Origin: Octopus bimaculoides
Lineage: Eukaryota
DNA length: 64,000 nt
Direction: 5' to 3'
Assembly (NCBI RefSeq): GCF_001194135.2
Contig: NC_068982.1
Location: 73,303,069-73,367,068 of the forward strand
Position 1 is the stretch's first letter. The number at the start of each line of letters is the position of its first letter. Both the position numbers and the translations under genes were made by a program. Positions 1 through 13,491 of the stretch are shown here, one piece after another. Under the pieces are notes generated by a model, which worked only from the letters and a program-made list of their open reading frames with translations, had not been told where the DNA came from and made no database searches.

Positions 1-604
1 GTGATACAAAAAAGGGACAACAAAACATCCAGACAGACGATACAAAGAAAATAAGGACGGGTCAATCGGAGTTTTCTTTCCCCAGTCGAGTTCCAGATTA
101 TCTTTGCAATTTCGGCTGGTTATACTCGAGATTGCTCCAATCTGGCCAGCCCCAAGGAAAAACTAAGCTAAGAGCACTAGATTCCTTGGAAGAAAGCAGC
201 GAATGTATACGAAAACAAGGACGGAAGAAAACGGAGAAATGGTACACAAATACAAATAACAGGACATAACAACAGGTGTCTTTCGACTGAGGACGAATTA
301 AATTAAGCTGGTATGTGTGGAAATAAAGCCTTACGGCAGGGACATAAAATTTAACAGGCATATATGTGTGTGTGTGTGTGTGTAAACATCACCATTGGTT
401 AAAAGGTCTCTTTTCAAAGGCAAATTTAATGAACTGGAAATTTAATGAGTTTGTCTCTATTTTTTCCAGATAGTTTACGTAATGTTAGCAACCAGAATTT
501 GATAACAAATAGTTTTCTCTTCAGAAGTAAATGATAAAAGATATCATTTTTAGTCTTGATAATTGAAAAAGAGAGACACATTGATGTGAAGCGAACGGAA
601 GCAA

Positions 605-663
<59 letters not shown>
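605..663. repeat. (AGAT)n microsatellite
   Basis: Perfect tetranucleotide run. Confidence 0.95.
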
Positions 664-664
<1 letters not shown>

Positions 665-1547
665 CTACAAGATGTTTGTATTTTCAGAATATGACCAGAA
701 TTTTACATAAAGGTAAGAAATCCGACTAAGGTCATCACATTTCGTAACATATTTCATAATTCCGATTAAGTGTCTCTTTTATCAAGCTGCCTGTATCAGA
801 GTCGACGGTTGCGAAATAGAGAGAGAGTCAGTATAGGGAACGAGAGAGAGCGACTGAGAGAGAATGAGAGAGGGAGAGTCAAGTAGAAAGACACTTTAGA
901 GGAAAAGGCGCGCAGAAACAGAGAAAATGGCTGGTCCACTAGTAGCCAGTTGTGACTTGGTTGTAGGTTGGTGCCTAGAGATAAGCAATTCAGAATAGCA
1001 GACATTATTATGAAACGAATATTAATTCTTATAAATAAGATAAGCTTCGTAGAGCTGTGCGTCTATTTTTCCCAGTTCACAGGTAATTGGAACAAGGTAT
1101 AGGGTTAGATTTTAATACCAACAAGCTATAGAATAACCCTAAAATTTCGAATATTAGTCTCATGAAACCATTAGCGGAAGTTTATAATTTTATAGTCTCC
1201 TTCTCTAAATGAAATGATTTACGTGAGTTATATTCAATGAACATAGCCTCTTTCCCATTGATTTTTATGCTTCCACGAAAATAACCTTTAGCTTCAAACT
1301 TAAACAGGGTCGTAATTACAGCGACATCGATTCGCTTTTATTGCATTATGCTTTCCCTAAATGTTTCACATAAGGCTTTAATATTTTGTCTGAAAACATT
1401 GTGAAATGTTGCAGTTGGCATATTAATACAACCTCATGAATAAATAGATGCATAAAACACACATTGAGACAACTACTGCTAAAAATCAGGAAGGATTGAC
1501 AGTAGCACTATAAATAACCAATACAATGACATACAATGCATACATGC

Positions 1548-1583
<36 letters not shown>

Positions 1584-2103
1584 CTAAAACTACAATAATT
1601 ACAGCAACTAATATGTGTGCATGCATTCGTATATGTATGTACGTTTGAATTTACAAACAACCGATAGAATATATCACTCAAAATGTGGTACAGTAAATTA
1701 ATTCATTCCGGTTTTCACGCTGACATGAATAACAAAAGCAAGGAATAAAGTCTCACTTTCAAAAATATGCAGTGTGTGTGTGTGTGTGTATGTATATATA
1801 TATATATATATATAAAGAGAGAGAGAGAGAGATGGATGTGTGTGTCTGTGTATGTATGTATGTATGTATGTACGTATGTATGCATGTATGTATGTATGTA
1901 TGTATGTATGTATGTATGTGTGTATGTATGTATATATGTGTGTATGTAGTATTTTTAATCGGCAGAAGGTTACAAAATTTACTAAACAGCCGACATTTTC
2001 GTGATTCTCAGTCCTTAAGACACTTGTAACTTTCTAGTGATTACAAATAATATATATATATATATGTATGTATGTATGTANNNNNNNNNNTATACATATA
2101 TAT

Positions 2104-2269
2104 ACGACAAGCTTCTTTCAGTTTCTCTCTCCCAAATCCACTCACAAGGCTTTGATCAGCACGGAGGTATAGCAGAGTTATAACTTGCCCAAGGTGCAGC
2201 GCAGTGGGACTGAACCTGAGACCACATGGTTGGAAAGCATGCTTCTTCACAGCACTCCAACACTTGCGC
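2104..2269 (-). mobile_element. tRNA-derived SINE, family A (CORE-like), 5' part
   Basis: Reverse complement of the 5' half of the full copy at 54979-55428; abuts the (TA/TATG)n run and gap. Confidence 0.85.
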
Positions 2270-3832
2270 TCATAACAAGAAACCCACTCCGGAATATATG
2301 GGATCTCTAAAGACTAATGAAGTCTATATGATATTATATATGTTAATATAAAACTAGCACTGTGTATGTAATATTTCATATAGATGTATAAATATATGTA
2401 CATATATCTTTATATATATGTATATGTGTGAGTGTGTGTATGTATACATATATACTTACGTATATGTATATGCATATGTATATGTATCTATATATATATA
2501 AATGAATATATGTAGATATATATATGTATATATACACAGATATATATAGAAGTACATATATATATATATATTCATACATGAATATATCTATATATATATG
2601 TATACATACATGTATATGTGTATGTATGTATATATATATATATATATATNNNNNNNNNNNNNNNNNNNNNNNNNNNNNNNNNNNNNNNNNNNNNNNNNNN
2701 NNNNNNNNNNNNNNNNNNNNNNNNNNNNNNNNNNNNNNNNNNNNNNNNNNNNNNNNNNNNNNNNNNNNNNNNNNNNNNNNNNNNNNNNNNNNNNNNNNNN
2801 NNNNNNNNNNNNNNNNNNNNNNNNNNNNNNNNNNNNNNNNNNNNNNNNNNNNNNNNNNNNNNNNNNNNNNNNNNNNNNNNNNNNNNNNNNNNNNNNNNNN
2901 NNNNNNNNNNNNNNNNNNNNNNNNNNNNNNNNNNNNNNNNNNNNNNNNNNAATTAACAAAGTGCGCATAATATATCTATGAACTATAAAAACTAACAAGA
3001 TGTATATGATATTATATGAACTATTAGAACCAATAAGATATATATAATATGATATATGCATGAAATATATAAAGACCACATCATCAAAACATCAAAGTCT
3101 CAGAACAGCCAAAAAGTTAAGGAATACAAAATTTTAAAGCATTAATTAGTTTTATAAATTACGAAAAGGGATTTAATGAACATACAAATATTAATTAATG
3201 TCGGTTAACTTTGAAATATTTAAAAGTCATTTATTCAACTCATTTATTCACTCAAAATTGCAACATCACAATTTTATTTTTTATTTTACAGTATGAATCT
3301 TTTGTGGGGAGGCGTATTTTACATGAAGATGGGAGGCATGTTTTTATGAGGTGTAGTGTAGTTTATATTGGAACTAGCTTCTTGACTTCCTTATGGTGGT
3401 GTTTGTGATGGCGTTGACAGTATTTGCTGTATATGTTACTTTTTAGGAAACTCCTCGTGTTCTGCTAGAAATAAATTTATGTTTGAACAAAAATCGTGAC
3501 AAAGTTATGGCAGTTTCAAGCTAGATTTGCGCAAAAATCATTACAGTATTTCGTTGTATTTAGTATGCAAGATTCTTGATGAAAAAACGTACCTAATTAT
3601 GTCGTCTCTAATAATGTATATAAAATGTATAGAGAAATTCGAAGAAATGTTTTGGTACAATAGTAGAACGAATGTCATGTCTACAAGGTATATGGGTTCA
3701 TGTCGAGTCCCAGAGCAGCTTCGACTTTTTCAGACCAAAAGGGATTTCCGTTGATTCGAAAGTTTATAAATCTTTAATGGAATAAACATCTAATCTCTCA
3801 TTTCACTTCTCTGATATATATATATATATATA

Positions 3833-4455
3833 CAAGGGGAAGTAAAAAATTATCCGCACTTTCGCCATAACATATTTTTATTATGGTCACACCGCCTTCT
3901 GCGCATGCGTACTTATAGTCAGCACTATTGAGGTCACGTGATCGAAGTTTGAGCTTGATCGCACCATATTACTATGTGACTTTACAATGTAAGCATGGCC
4001 GCTCCACTAGCAATGTGCACCAAAGAAGAACAAAGAGCAGTGATCCGACTCCTATGGTCAGAAGATGTATCAGGTACTGAAATTCATCGGAGGCTTTTAG
4101 CACAATGCGGGGACAGCACTACCGCATAGAAGTGTGTATGAGCGGATCGAGAAGTTTAAAAGTGACCGGATAAGCGTGACGCACGAAGAGGAAGCAGGAC
4201 GTCCGTCAACCTCTGCCACTGACGAGAAGATTCAGCAAGCTCGAGAGATGGTAATTGTGAACCGGTTCACCATTACCCTCTCTCGGATTATTGCTCTGTG
4301 TTCTTCTTTTAGTGCATATTGCTAGTGGAGCGGCCATGCTTACACTGTAAAGCCAGAGAGAAAAATGGCGTGATCAGGCACAAACTTCGTTCACGTGACC
4401 ACAATAATAAAGATATGTTATGGCAAAATTGCGGATAATTTTTGACTTCCCCACG
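3833..4455 (+). mobile_element. Non-autonomous mariner derivative with long inverted arms
   Basis: TA flanks; TIR GGGGAAGT(A/C)AAAAATTATCCGCA at both ends. Decayed transposase N-terminus from the ATG at 3995 (MAAPLAMCTKEEQRAVIRLLWSE...GRPSTS). Confidence 0.88.
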
Positions 4456-4640
4456 TAAACATGTGTGTGCGCTTGTGTTTGTTGCCTCAGCAACGTCATG
4501 AAGGATAAAAGATAAAAGATAAAAGATAAAAAATATACATATATACTGCCGTGGGAGATATCTCTGAGTGAGTGCAGCAGTAAAGCTTGCCAATCACAAT
4601 ATATTTACATTAAGTATGGGGAAAAATGTAAATATATATA

Positions 4641-5160
4641 TAATTGTCACTAGATTTGACTAGGGTGTTAAAAAAACACCTAGATTGCTAGAAATAAGAT
4701 CTAAAATGCTCTAATGCTGTAGTTAAAGCACATGAATGAAAACATATACACTAACAGGGACCATAACTGTCCGGAAAATACTTTAGTCACATTTAGTGAC
4801 AATTATAATTCTTTTTGGAGAAACATTGCAATCTGCTGTTTACGTTAATTTTGTGTATACACATTAGCGAATCGCTAAATCATGCATTAATTTGGATGAC
4901 GAAAACATATATGCTAATAGAGAAACAGGTCTGGAAATAGCTGAACACCGAGCTGGCTTAATTGATGATGGCAACGGAAATTGCCAAAACAGACGCGCCA
5001 GTCTTAAGAATTCTCGGTTGGTATTTTTCGGACAATTATGGTCCCTGTTAGTATATATGTTTTCATTCATGTGTATTAACTACGGCATTAGAACATTTTA
5101 GCTCTTATTTCTAGCAATCTAGGTGTTTTTTAACACCCTACTCACATTTGGTGACAATTA
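4641..5160. mobile_element. MITE-like element with about 140 bp inverted arms
   Basis: 4641-about 4780 and about 5020-5160 are reverse complements, with terminal TAATTGTCAC...GTGACAATTA; both ends abut TA runs. Confidence 0.8.
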
Positions 5161-5829
5161 TATATATATATATATATATNNNNNNNNNNNNNNNNNNNNN
5201 NNNNNNNNNNNNNNNNNNNNNNNNNNNNNNNNNNNNNNNNNNNNNNNNNNNNNNNNNNNNNNNNNNNNNNNNNNNNNNNNNNNNNNNNNNNNNNNNNNNN
5301 NNNNNNNNNNNNNNNNNNNNNNNNNNNNNNNNNNNNNNNNNNNNNNNNNNNNNNNNNNNNNNNNNNNNNNNNNNNNNNNNNNNNNNNNNNNNNNNNNNNN
5401 NNNNNNNNNNNNNNNNNNNNNNNNNNNNNNNNNNNNNNNNNNNNNNNNNNNNNNNNNNNNNNNNNNNNNNNNNNNNNNNNNNNNNNNNNNNNNNNNNNNN
5501 NNNNNNNNNNNNNNNNNNNNNNNNNNNNNNNNNNNNNNNNNNNNNNNNNNAAAAAGAAGTTTGAAAACGCCAATATATGAAAAATGAATTTTAATTTATA
5601 ATTTTCTCAGAGATATTTAACCTGTTTCGATTCTTGAAAAAACGAACCTTATCAAAAATACATATTTAAAAAAATGTAATTAAAAGAAAAGTTCATAATT
5701 GTTCCTTACTGGTGTCAACATAGTCCACGTGGAAGCGTTTTTTGTATGGGTACATAATGGCTGTCTAGTGCATTGACTTGAATCGTTGGTTGTAGTAGTA
5801 ATAGTGACCGTGTTGGTAATGGTAAATGG

Positions 5830-6329
5830 CAGTGATGGCTTGAGATAAAAATTGGCCCTTTCTCATCTTGTAGGAGGAATACCGAATGTCTTCATGCACT
5901 ATCTGCCTGATAAGAAACTCAGACATTCCCATGTCCCTGGCGATGAACGTCATTGGCTTGGAGGGACCGTTGTCAATCATGGCCTGGATCTCACCAACAA
6001 ATTCAGTTCTTTGCAGAACGATCAGAGTGATTTTTCCGAGCTGCCGTACCTTCGTAATCACCATTAGACTCATCCAACTCTTTCCGAATCCTCTTCACTG
6101 TCCTCATATTGATACCTAAACACTGAATTGTTCGTATTGGAGCTTCCGGTGCAAATGCTAAGCAGTACAGCATGTCGTTTCCAAATTTCTGGTAGAGTGG
6201 ATTGCGTCAAGGTGTTTTTCTCACAGACAGTGCCCAACTGATCCTACCATACTGTGTAGTCGACAAAATCAAAAACAAACATGCACGAAATTAAAATATA
6301 AAATGGCGACAATTTACGCATCGCACCCT
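5830..6329 (-). mobile_element. Tc1/mariner DD37D (maT-like) element, 5' fragment
   Basis: TIR at about 6302-6329 matches the element at 13492. Translation includes EFVGEIQAMIDNGPSK...IARDMGMSEFLIRQIVHEDIRYSSYKMRKGQFLSQA. Confidence 0.85.
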
Positions 6330-6660
6330 ATATATATACATATTTATTTATATACAGAGAGAGGGGCTGTGATGAGCAAATTGCCACTATTTTATATATA
6401 TAATATNNNNNNNNNNNNNNNNNNNNNNNNNNNNNNNNNNNNNNNNNNNNNNNNNNNNNNNNNNNNNNNNNNNNNNNNNNNNNNNNNNNNNNNNNNNNNN
6501 NNNNNNNNNNNNNNNNNNNNNNNNNNNNNNNNNNNNNNNNNNNNNNNNNNNNNNNNNNNNNNNNNNNNNNNNNNNNNNNNNNNNNNNNNNNNNNNNNNNN
6601 NNNNNNNNNNNNNNNNNNNNNNNNNNNNNNNNNNNNNNNNNATATACACATACATATGTA

Positions 6661-6798
6661 TATTAATATTTAGCAGAAGCAACAGAGTGACTCAAGGTCC
6701 GAGAGTTTCGTGCGTTAACACTTATCATTTTGATAAGTGTCAACGCACACGAAACTCTCGGACCTTGAGTCACTCTGTTCTTTCTGCTAACTATTAAT
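6661..6798. repeat. Near-perfect palindrome, about 67 bp arms with 3 nt loop
   Basis: AACAGAGTGACTCAAGGTCCGAGAGTTTCGTG...CTTATCA TTT TGATAAG...CACGAAACTCTCGGACCTTGAGTCACTCTGTT. Confidence 0.9.
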
Positions 6799-7884
6799 AA
6801 AAATATACATATACTCCTGTTTTGGGTTCTATTTTTCCTGTTTGCATCAGGAGGTGCGAGTAGATAAGTAACAGATATTTAAAAGGCATTTCAGGAAAGT
6901 ATATAGATAGGCTTTGTAGTGAGTATATGAAATGTATTATATATGCTTCACCTCGAGACGTGACTCTTTTAATAGATTTTTAAGCAATAACAATGCTTAG
7001 CTGATTTAGAACATTTTGCAATGGGACCTAACATTGTTTCAGTAGATTGAGAATAAGAGAGAGAAGAAGGCTGGCTGTTATTAAACAGTTGTAGTCATTT
7101 TTAGCATATTTCTATTGGTTGGTTGTGCTTTCCACTTCACCAAACGATCAATATTTTATTATTCTGTGGATGATGTTTTAATCAAATACATACAACCTTT
7201 ACATATTTATATCACTGTACCTTGGTAAATATTCTAATAATAGCTTTAGAATTTATCTCCGTTGTTGTTTAGTCCCAATTCAGCACTGACCGAACAAACA
7301 CGTGATAAATGGTGTGCCATCCATGACTAATCCGTTTTATTTTCCAGGCATAGTGTAGTGTATTAAGAAACGTGTCCTCTTCTTAAGACTGCAGTGGGTA
7401 ATTTTAGAAAGATATCGCTGCTATATCTAGCAGATGACCGACCTTGTAGAGATTTATTCATTAATTAGATTTTTATCGTTTTCGCCAGGATGCTTGGGTG
7501 ATCGGGTGATCGGGTGATCAGAAACGGTTGTACCAAAATATATAATGTACGTTTGAAGTTCAAATCCAGTTAATGTCAAGTTACCTTCTCCAACCGACTG
7601 GGGTTGACAAAATATTAAGTACCTTTATTGTAACAGAGTAGATTATCAGCTAGCTTCGTTACAATGAAGATGCAGTGCCAAAGATGGAATCATTATGGCT
7701 GTATTTTTTAAGCTGATTATTGCTGTCCATTATGGTCTTCCTACACAAAACAAAACATTGTAAGAATTGAAGCACCCCAAAGATCGCTCAGAAAAATAGT
7801 ATGACAGGCCTTGATTATTGAGATGGTCTCAAAAAAACTCAAATTTTATTCTTCCTAACGCCTCAGTGAGCACTCCACTATTTA

Positions 7885-8170
7885 TACTTCTTCTTGCCTT
7901 TAACCTTCCAACACGGAGTATAGGCCACTTATAATTGAATTCCATGTCGCATAACTTTTCGCTTCTGTACTTATACTCTGCCATGAATGTCCTCCTTTCT
8001 CTAGTTCCTTTTGTGTTGATCTACGCCACGAGTTCTTAGGCTTACCCCTCTTTCTATATCCATCCGGATTCTACTGTAAAGCACTTTTCGCTGCATTTGG
8101 TGTGTCCTTTCTAATTGTCCTTTCTAATTTATACAATATCGAAAATATTCCATCAGCACTATTCAAATAC
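7885..8170 (-). mobile_element. RTE-clade LINE 3' end fragment
   Basis: Minus-strand translation SALQ*NPDGYRKRGKPKNSWRRSTQKELEKGG matches the RTE C-terminal G.R.RGRP..W motif. Confidence 0.65.
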
Positions 8171-8763
8171 GGTTGGTATCAAGTTCATAAATCAACTAAA
8201 GCTGGGCTTCAGAGCTATATTCCCCAACAAAAATTACCCTCATGACATTGCGATACAACTGTTTTACCTCAACAGATTCTATTTCATTTAGAATTTATTC
8301 AGAAAGAAATCAAAGAAAAAAGAGCCAATAACATTCAAACGGTACCGCGAAAATATTACTCAAGAAATACCAAACAAGCCACCAACACTTTGTTACATCT
8401 CAGTAAACAACAACTTCTTACTCGGGTGGGACATGACGTCCTAAAACATACCTTAGAAAAACTACCCCCTAGTGGCGCTATTAACTTACATCATATGTAA
8501 GCCAATAATAGCCAAAACCTAAGTCATCTATGTTAAACTGAGGCATTGCAGTGTTTTCAGAATATCTCAAGTTTTAACTTTGGTCACATTTTTACGTTTA
8601 GGCTGATTGTTCCTGAGATAAAATAATAATCGACCTAAGAGAAGAATCCGTTCTGACCATTTTCAATAATAATCATTCCCAATTCATTTGCTCATATATC
8701 CGTGTATGTGTTTTCTACGATAGTGTGTAAGTAATTGTGTATGTATGTAATAAGAATATTTTG

Positions 8764-8811
<48 letters not shown>

Positions 8812-9942
8812 TATACTAGACGGTTTCAGTACTTTTTGATTTCTCTCCCCGAAGATGAAACAGTGAAAATCAAATCAGACGTATTTTACACCCCTTTACA
8901 AAAGATTTGGTCCAAGTGCAAATAACGTTAGAGTGAGTGGTTGAAATAAACACCATTTTATACGGCCGCATTCGCTGTTTTGCTCAGACTGCATCAATTG
9001 TTATGAACTGACATAACACTGCAGCAGTAAATAACACTGGGGAACAATGTTTTTTAAATATAATTTCCGTTGAGTTCAATATTTCACTTGATTCTGCTTA
9101 AAATTGACCTGTTGATTTCAAAACTACAATCAGTTTTCTATCACGTCAAGTTTTGGAGGGGTTTTTTTTTACTACAGCTTACTTTCTGAATAAGAACAAT
9201 TGTATTGTTTGGTCAGCTGACTGCATTTATCATTTTGTTGATAAGGAGTGAGAATTTTTAAGATCTGGTGATTTAGTTTCAAAAGATGGCAGACTATAGT
9301 CAGGTCCAAATCTCCCTCCAAATAGTAAGTCCCGATTATTGACCGATCAGATGCCTCAACTGATTTTCAATCCTTAAGAGTCAAATTGCTGTTTCAAGAT
9401 GGAGGCTGGAAGTAGGCTTGGTACTAAGATGCATGAAATTACATGAATATGGCCAAAATATGGGAGTACCAAACATTTTGGGGCAGAGGATTCGATGTTA
9501 GGAGGCCAGAAAACAGATTTGTGCAGTGGAGGAGAGATGGCAAGGTTTTGAAATGAATGAATTGTTGATTTGAAGTGTGGAGGCATTTTCTCCTGAGGTC
9601 TGAGGCCTAAATTTCTACCCTGTTCTTTTTTTCTTATGCAGTATTTGTGTGAATGTATATGTATGTAATGTATATTTTTATGAATGGAGATGAATGTATA
9701 TTCATTTATGGATGCATATCCATACACATATATGTAGAATACACACATTTATCTGGGATAGCGGTTACAGGTCTCTGTGGTTGCTCTATATAGTTGATTA
9801 TTATAGTATTCTGTAAATAATACATAAAGGTTTGTATGCAAGGGGTTAACAGGTTTTATGTAATTTTTTTATTTGCTTTTGTTTTCGTTTTTCCTGTTCA
9901 ACTTAATTTTTATTCCTATGCTTATTTCCTTTCTTTCAGATC

Positions 9943-11199
9943 ATGTCTCCTTCTGCTACTTCTCATCGTAAGTGCCTAAACAGCCCTGATTCCTTTTGTT
10001 ATATCTGTGGCAATTTCACCATTCTCAGTTAAACATCGGCGCATTTGTAAAGCTAAGCTATCTTGCCCATTTTTAAGTAAAAGTTGATGATCAAAACAAG
10101 GTTTGGGCCCCTCACAAGATGTGCAAGTAGGGTATCGAGAGTTTAGCGATGTGAATCAAAGGAACACATGATAAGTTGGAATTTAGTACACTTATGACTT
10201 GGCAAGAGAAAAAGATCATTACACGGACTGTTACTTTTGTTTAGTGAAAACTTCAGGATATAACAAGAAAGCAAATGTAAAATCGAGTATCTTTGCCTAT
10301 TATCAACTATATATCCAGTACCTCATTCAGCTGAAGTCCCAGTACCAGTTTTCGTTCAACTACCCTCTCTTGAAGATGTGGATCATGATGACGAACTCAG
10401 TGACAACAATGATGCAGATGACCCACTTCGCAAGGGATTCAATTAGCTCGAGTTGAATGATTTTGCACGAGATATGGAATGATCAAAAAAGGCTTCAGAA
10501 CTCCTAGTACCAAGACCGAATGAGAAAAACTTGCTTAAAAAAGGAACGAAGCTATCCTACTTTTGGTCCAAGGAAAATACATTCCTATAGTACTTTCGAA
10601 GTGACAGTAGGTTTGTGTATTGCCATAACATGCAGGGTTCACTGGAGGAATTGGAAGTTCTAATCTACAACTCAACCGAATGGCCACTGTTCATCAATAG
10701 CTCAAAGCGGAGCTTAGATTATGTCCTCTTTCACAATGGCAATTTAGATGAGGCTGTCCCAACTGGGCATTTAGTTTGTCTTTGTGAATAAAGTGGAGAT
10801 ATAAAGAGAGTCATTGAGTTGTTGCAATATCACAAATACAATTAGATCGTCTGTATTGACCTTAAAATGGTATGCTTCCTTCTTGGTCACCTAAACGAAT
10901 ATACCAAATATCTCTGCTTTCAGTTCATTTGTGACCGCAGAGCTCGAGAGAAGCATTGGGTGGAGAGGAATTGACCTCCTAGACCTGACCTCAAAACTAG
11001 TGATTCCCACTTTCTACATGAGCCACTTGTTGACATAACGAAAATTATATTCCCACCCCTTGACATGAAGGTCATAGAGGAATGGTATCAGGGTAGATGG
11101 GATGTAAATACGATGACTGACTATTGTAGGAGAATGAAGGGTAACTGTACGCAAATCAAACACTCTAGGAAAAGCTATAGGCGCAAATTTTTATCTTAA
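9943..11199 (+). pseudogene. Chapaev3-type (CMC superfamily) transposase pseudogene
   Basis: Broken translation: RKCLNSPDSFCYICG, DDQNKVWAPHKMCK, DHYTDCYFCLV, CIDLKMVCFLLG, IIFPPL, YQGRWDVNTMTDYC, HSRKSYRRKF. Many stops and frameshifts, with an internal deletion at about 11070. Confidence 0.8.
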
Positions 11200-11619
11200 C
11201 TATTTGCACAAAATTTGACTCACAGTAAAAATATCCTCTCAATGAACAAAATAAATTTGTTCAAACTTAAGTCAAACAATATTGTATTTCTTTCCGTTGT
11301 ATGTAAATTTTTAAAACATTCTATGAAAGAAGCACAGATCTGTTAGGTGCAATATTTTAAAGGTTTTGAGATAAATTCAGGGTATCCTGTGGCTCAAAGA
11401 GTTGACATGATACAGAAACACTGGGGTTATTTTTTGGATTCAGAGGTCAAAAGTTTCTCGAAAACAACTGTCAGATCTAACTCAATGAAAATTATGTTCT
11501 CCACTTTAATATGTATATACCTATAGCTCAGTACAAACTCTTGCAGTCATACACGGGGAGTATATAGGTATTTTCAGTTGTACATGTGTGTGAGTGTGTG
11601 TGACATATATATATATGTG

Positions 11620-11622
<3 letters not shown>

Positions 11623-11701
<79 letters not shown>
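11623..11701. repeat. (CA)n microsatellite
   Basis: Perfect dinucleotide run. Confidence 0.95.
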
Positions 11702-11703
<2 letters not shown>

Positions 11704-12274
11704 CAATCAAACACATACACACGTACACATACATGTATATGCACTCAAACGCACACACAAGTATGTAGATGCAAATGTAGATATCTATATATCATGCATA
11801 TATATAACATTGTTAATACATGCACATATCTTCTTCATTGTCAATGTCTATGATCATCATTTCCTCATAATGTACTGGGTATATATGTATATACGTAGGT
11901 ATGTGTGTGCATGTATATATACATATATANNNNNNNNNNNNNNNNNNNNNNNNNNNNNNNNNNNNNNNNNNNNNNNNNNNNNNNNNNNNNNNNNNNNNNN
12001 NNNNNNNNNNNNNNNNNNNNNNNNNNNNNNNNNNNNNNNNNNNNNNNNNNNNNNNNNNNNNNNNNNNNNNNNNNNNNTATATATATATATATGAATATAT
12101 ATATACACATATCATCGTATATGTATACATACATATATATATATATTCAGTCATTATGAGGATATTAAGCCTCTTATAGGGATGGTTCCATCCAAGTTAC
12201 ACTAGTTTAATATATTATATTGTTAAAAGATATCTCTTCAATAAATATATTATAAATATCAAATATTATTGTTG

Positions 12275-12481
12275 AGAAAATGGAGAGATTTAATGGATAT
12301 AAATTAATCTATTAATTAATTAACATTTATTAATAGATAATTAACATTGATTAATTAACAATAATTAGCATCGATTGAGATATATGTTTTGTACTTTGTA
12401 ATAAGTGTAAATTGAAACAATTGTAGGCAATGCTAATTAATTAATAAATTAATTTATATCCATTAAATCTCTCCATTTTCT
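12275..12481. repeat. Inverted-repeat element with perfect 34 bp ends
   Basis: AGAAAATGGAGAGATTTAATGGATATAAATTAAT (12275-12308) is the exact reverse complement of 12448-12481; pairing extends inward with mismatches. Confidence 0.85.
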
Positions 12482-12839
12482 TACTTAATACTATGTGTGT
12501 GCGTGCGTGTGTGTGTGTGTGTGTGCGTATCATCACACAAGTATACATACATATATAGATACATATATATATAGATATGTATATATATNNNNNNNNNNNN
12601 NNNNNNNNNNNNNNNNNNNNNNNNNNNNNNNNNNNNNNNNNNNNNNNNNNNNNNNNNNNNNNNNNNNNNNNNNNNNNNNNNNNNNNNNNNNNNNNNNNNN
12701 NNNNNNNNNNNNNNNNNNNNNNNNNNNNNNNNNNNNNNNNNNNNNNNNNNNNNNNNNNNNNNNNNNNNNNNNNNNNNNNNNNNNNNNNNNNNNNNNNNNN
12801 NNNNNNNNNNNNNNNNNNNNNNNNNNNNNNNNNNNNNNN

Positions 12840-12900
<61 letters not shown>

Positions 12901-13491
12901 CTGGGCGAATTACTGATGTAAATAGGAGATGAAGCGCATTCGTTGATGTTGGCGATAGAGCTGATAATGCCGTGTAAAGGTCCACGTAAATGTTTAAATA
13001 AAATGACTCCAATGTGTGCTGCATTGCAAGTGGTGAAAATAAAGAAAGTACACGAATACTGGTTTGAAATAGAACATTATAATTTATTCGAACTGTAATA
13101 AGTCCTGGTAAGATGTAATGAGATTTTGTTGCCTTGTGTGTGTACGTAAAACCATTAAATGGTGTAGCAACACAGGAAGAAATTGCATGACTTACTGTAT
13201 ATGTTTTAGTTGTTTATACGAAGTAGAGTGAAAACTGATATTCATGAAGTGAGTCGCGCGGCGTAAGTGGTGTGCACTGAAATAGTAGCATGTCAAAGGA
13301 GGCGATGTTGTCACTAGGGTTGTCAATGCTGTAAATCGTTAGCTATTTTAAAAAGGCACGCATTACTGCTGGGTGGAAGTTGCCATTTGTATCCTTCCGC
13401 AGCCAACTCTAATTGGTTGTAGTTGACATAGCACGACTGTGCTATGCCACAACGACAAAATAGCTCTTTCGTGTCTCACTACATATATATA

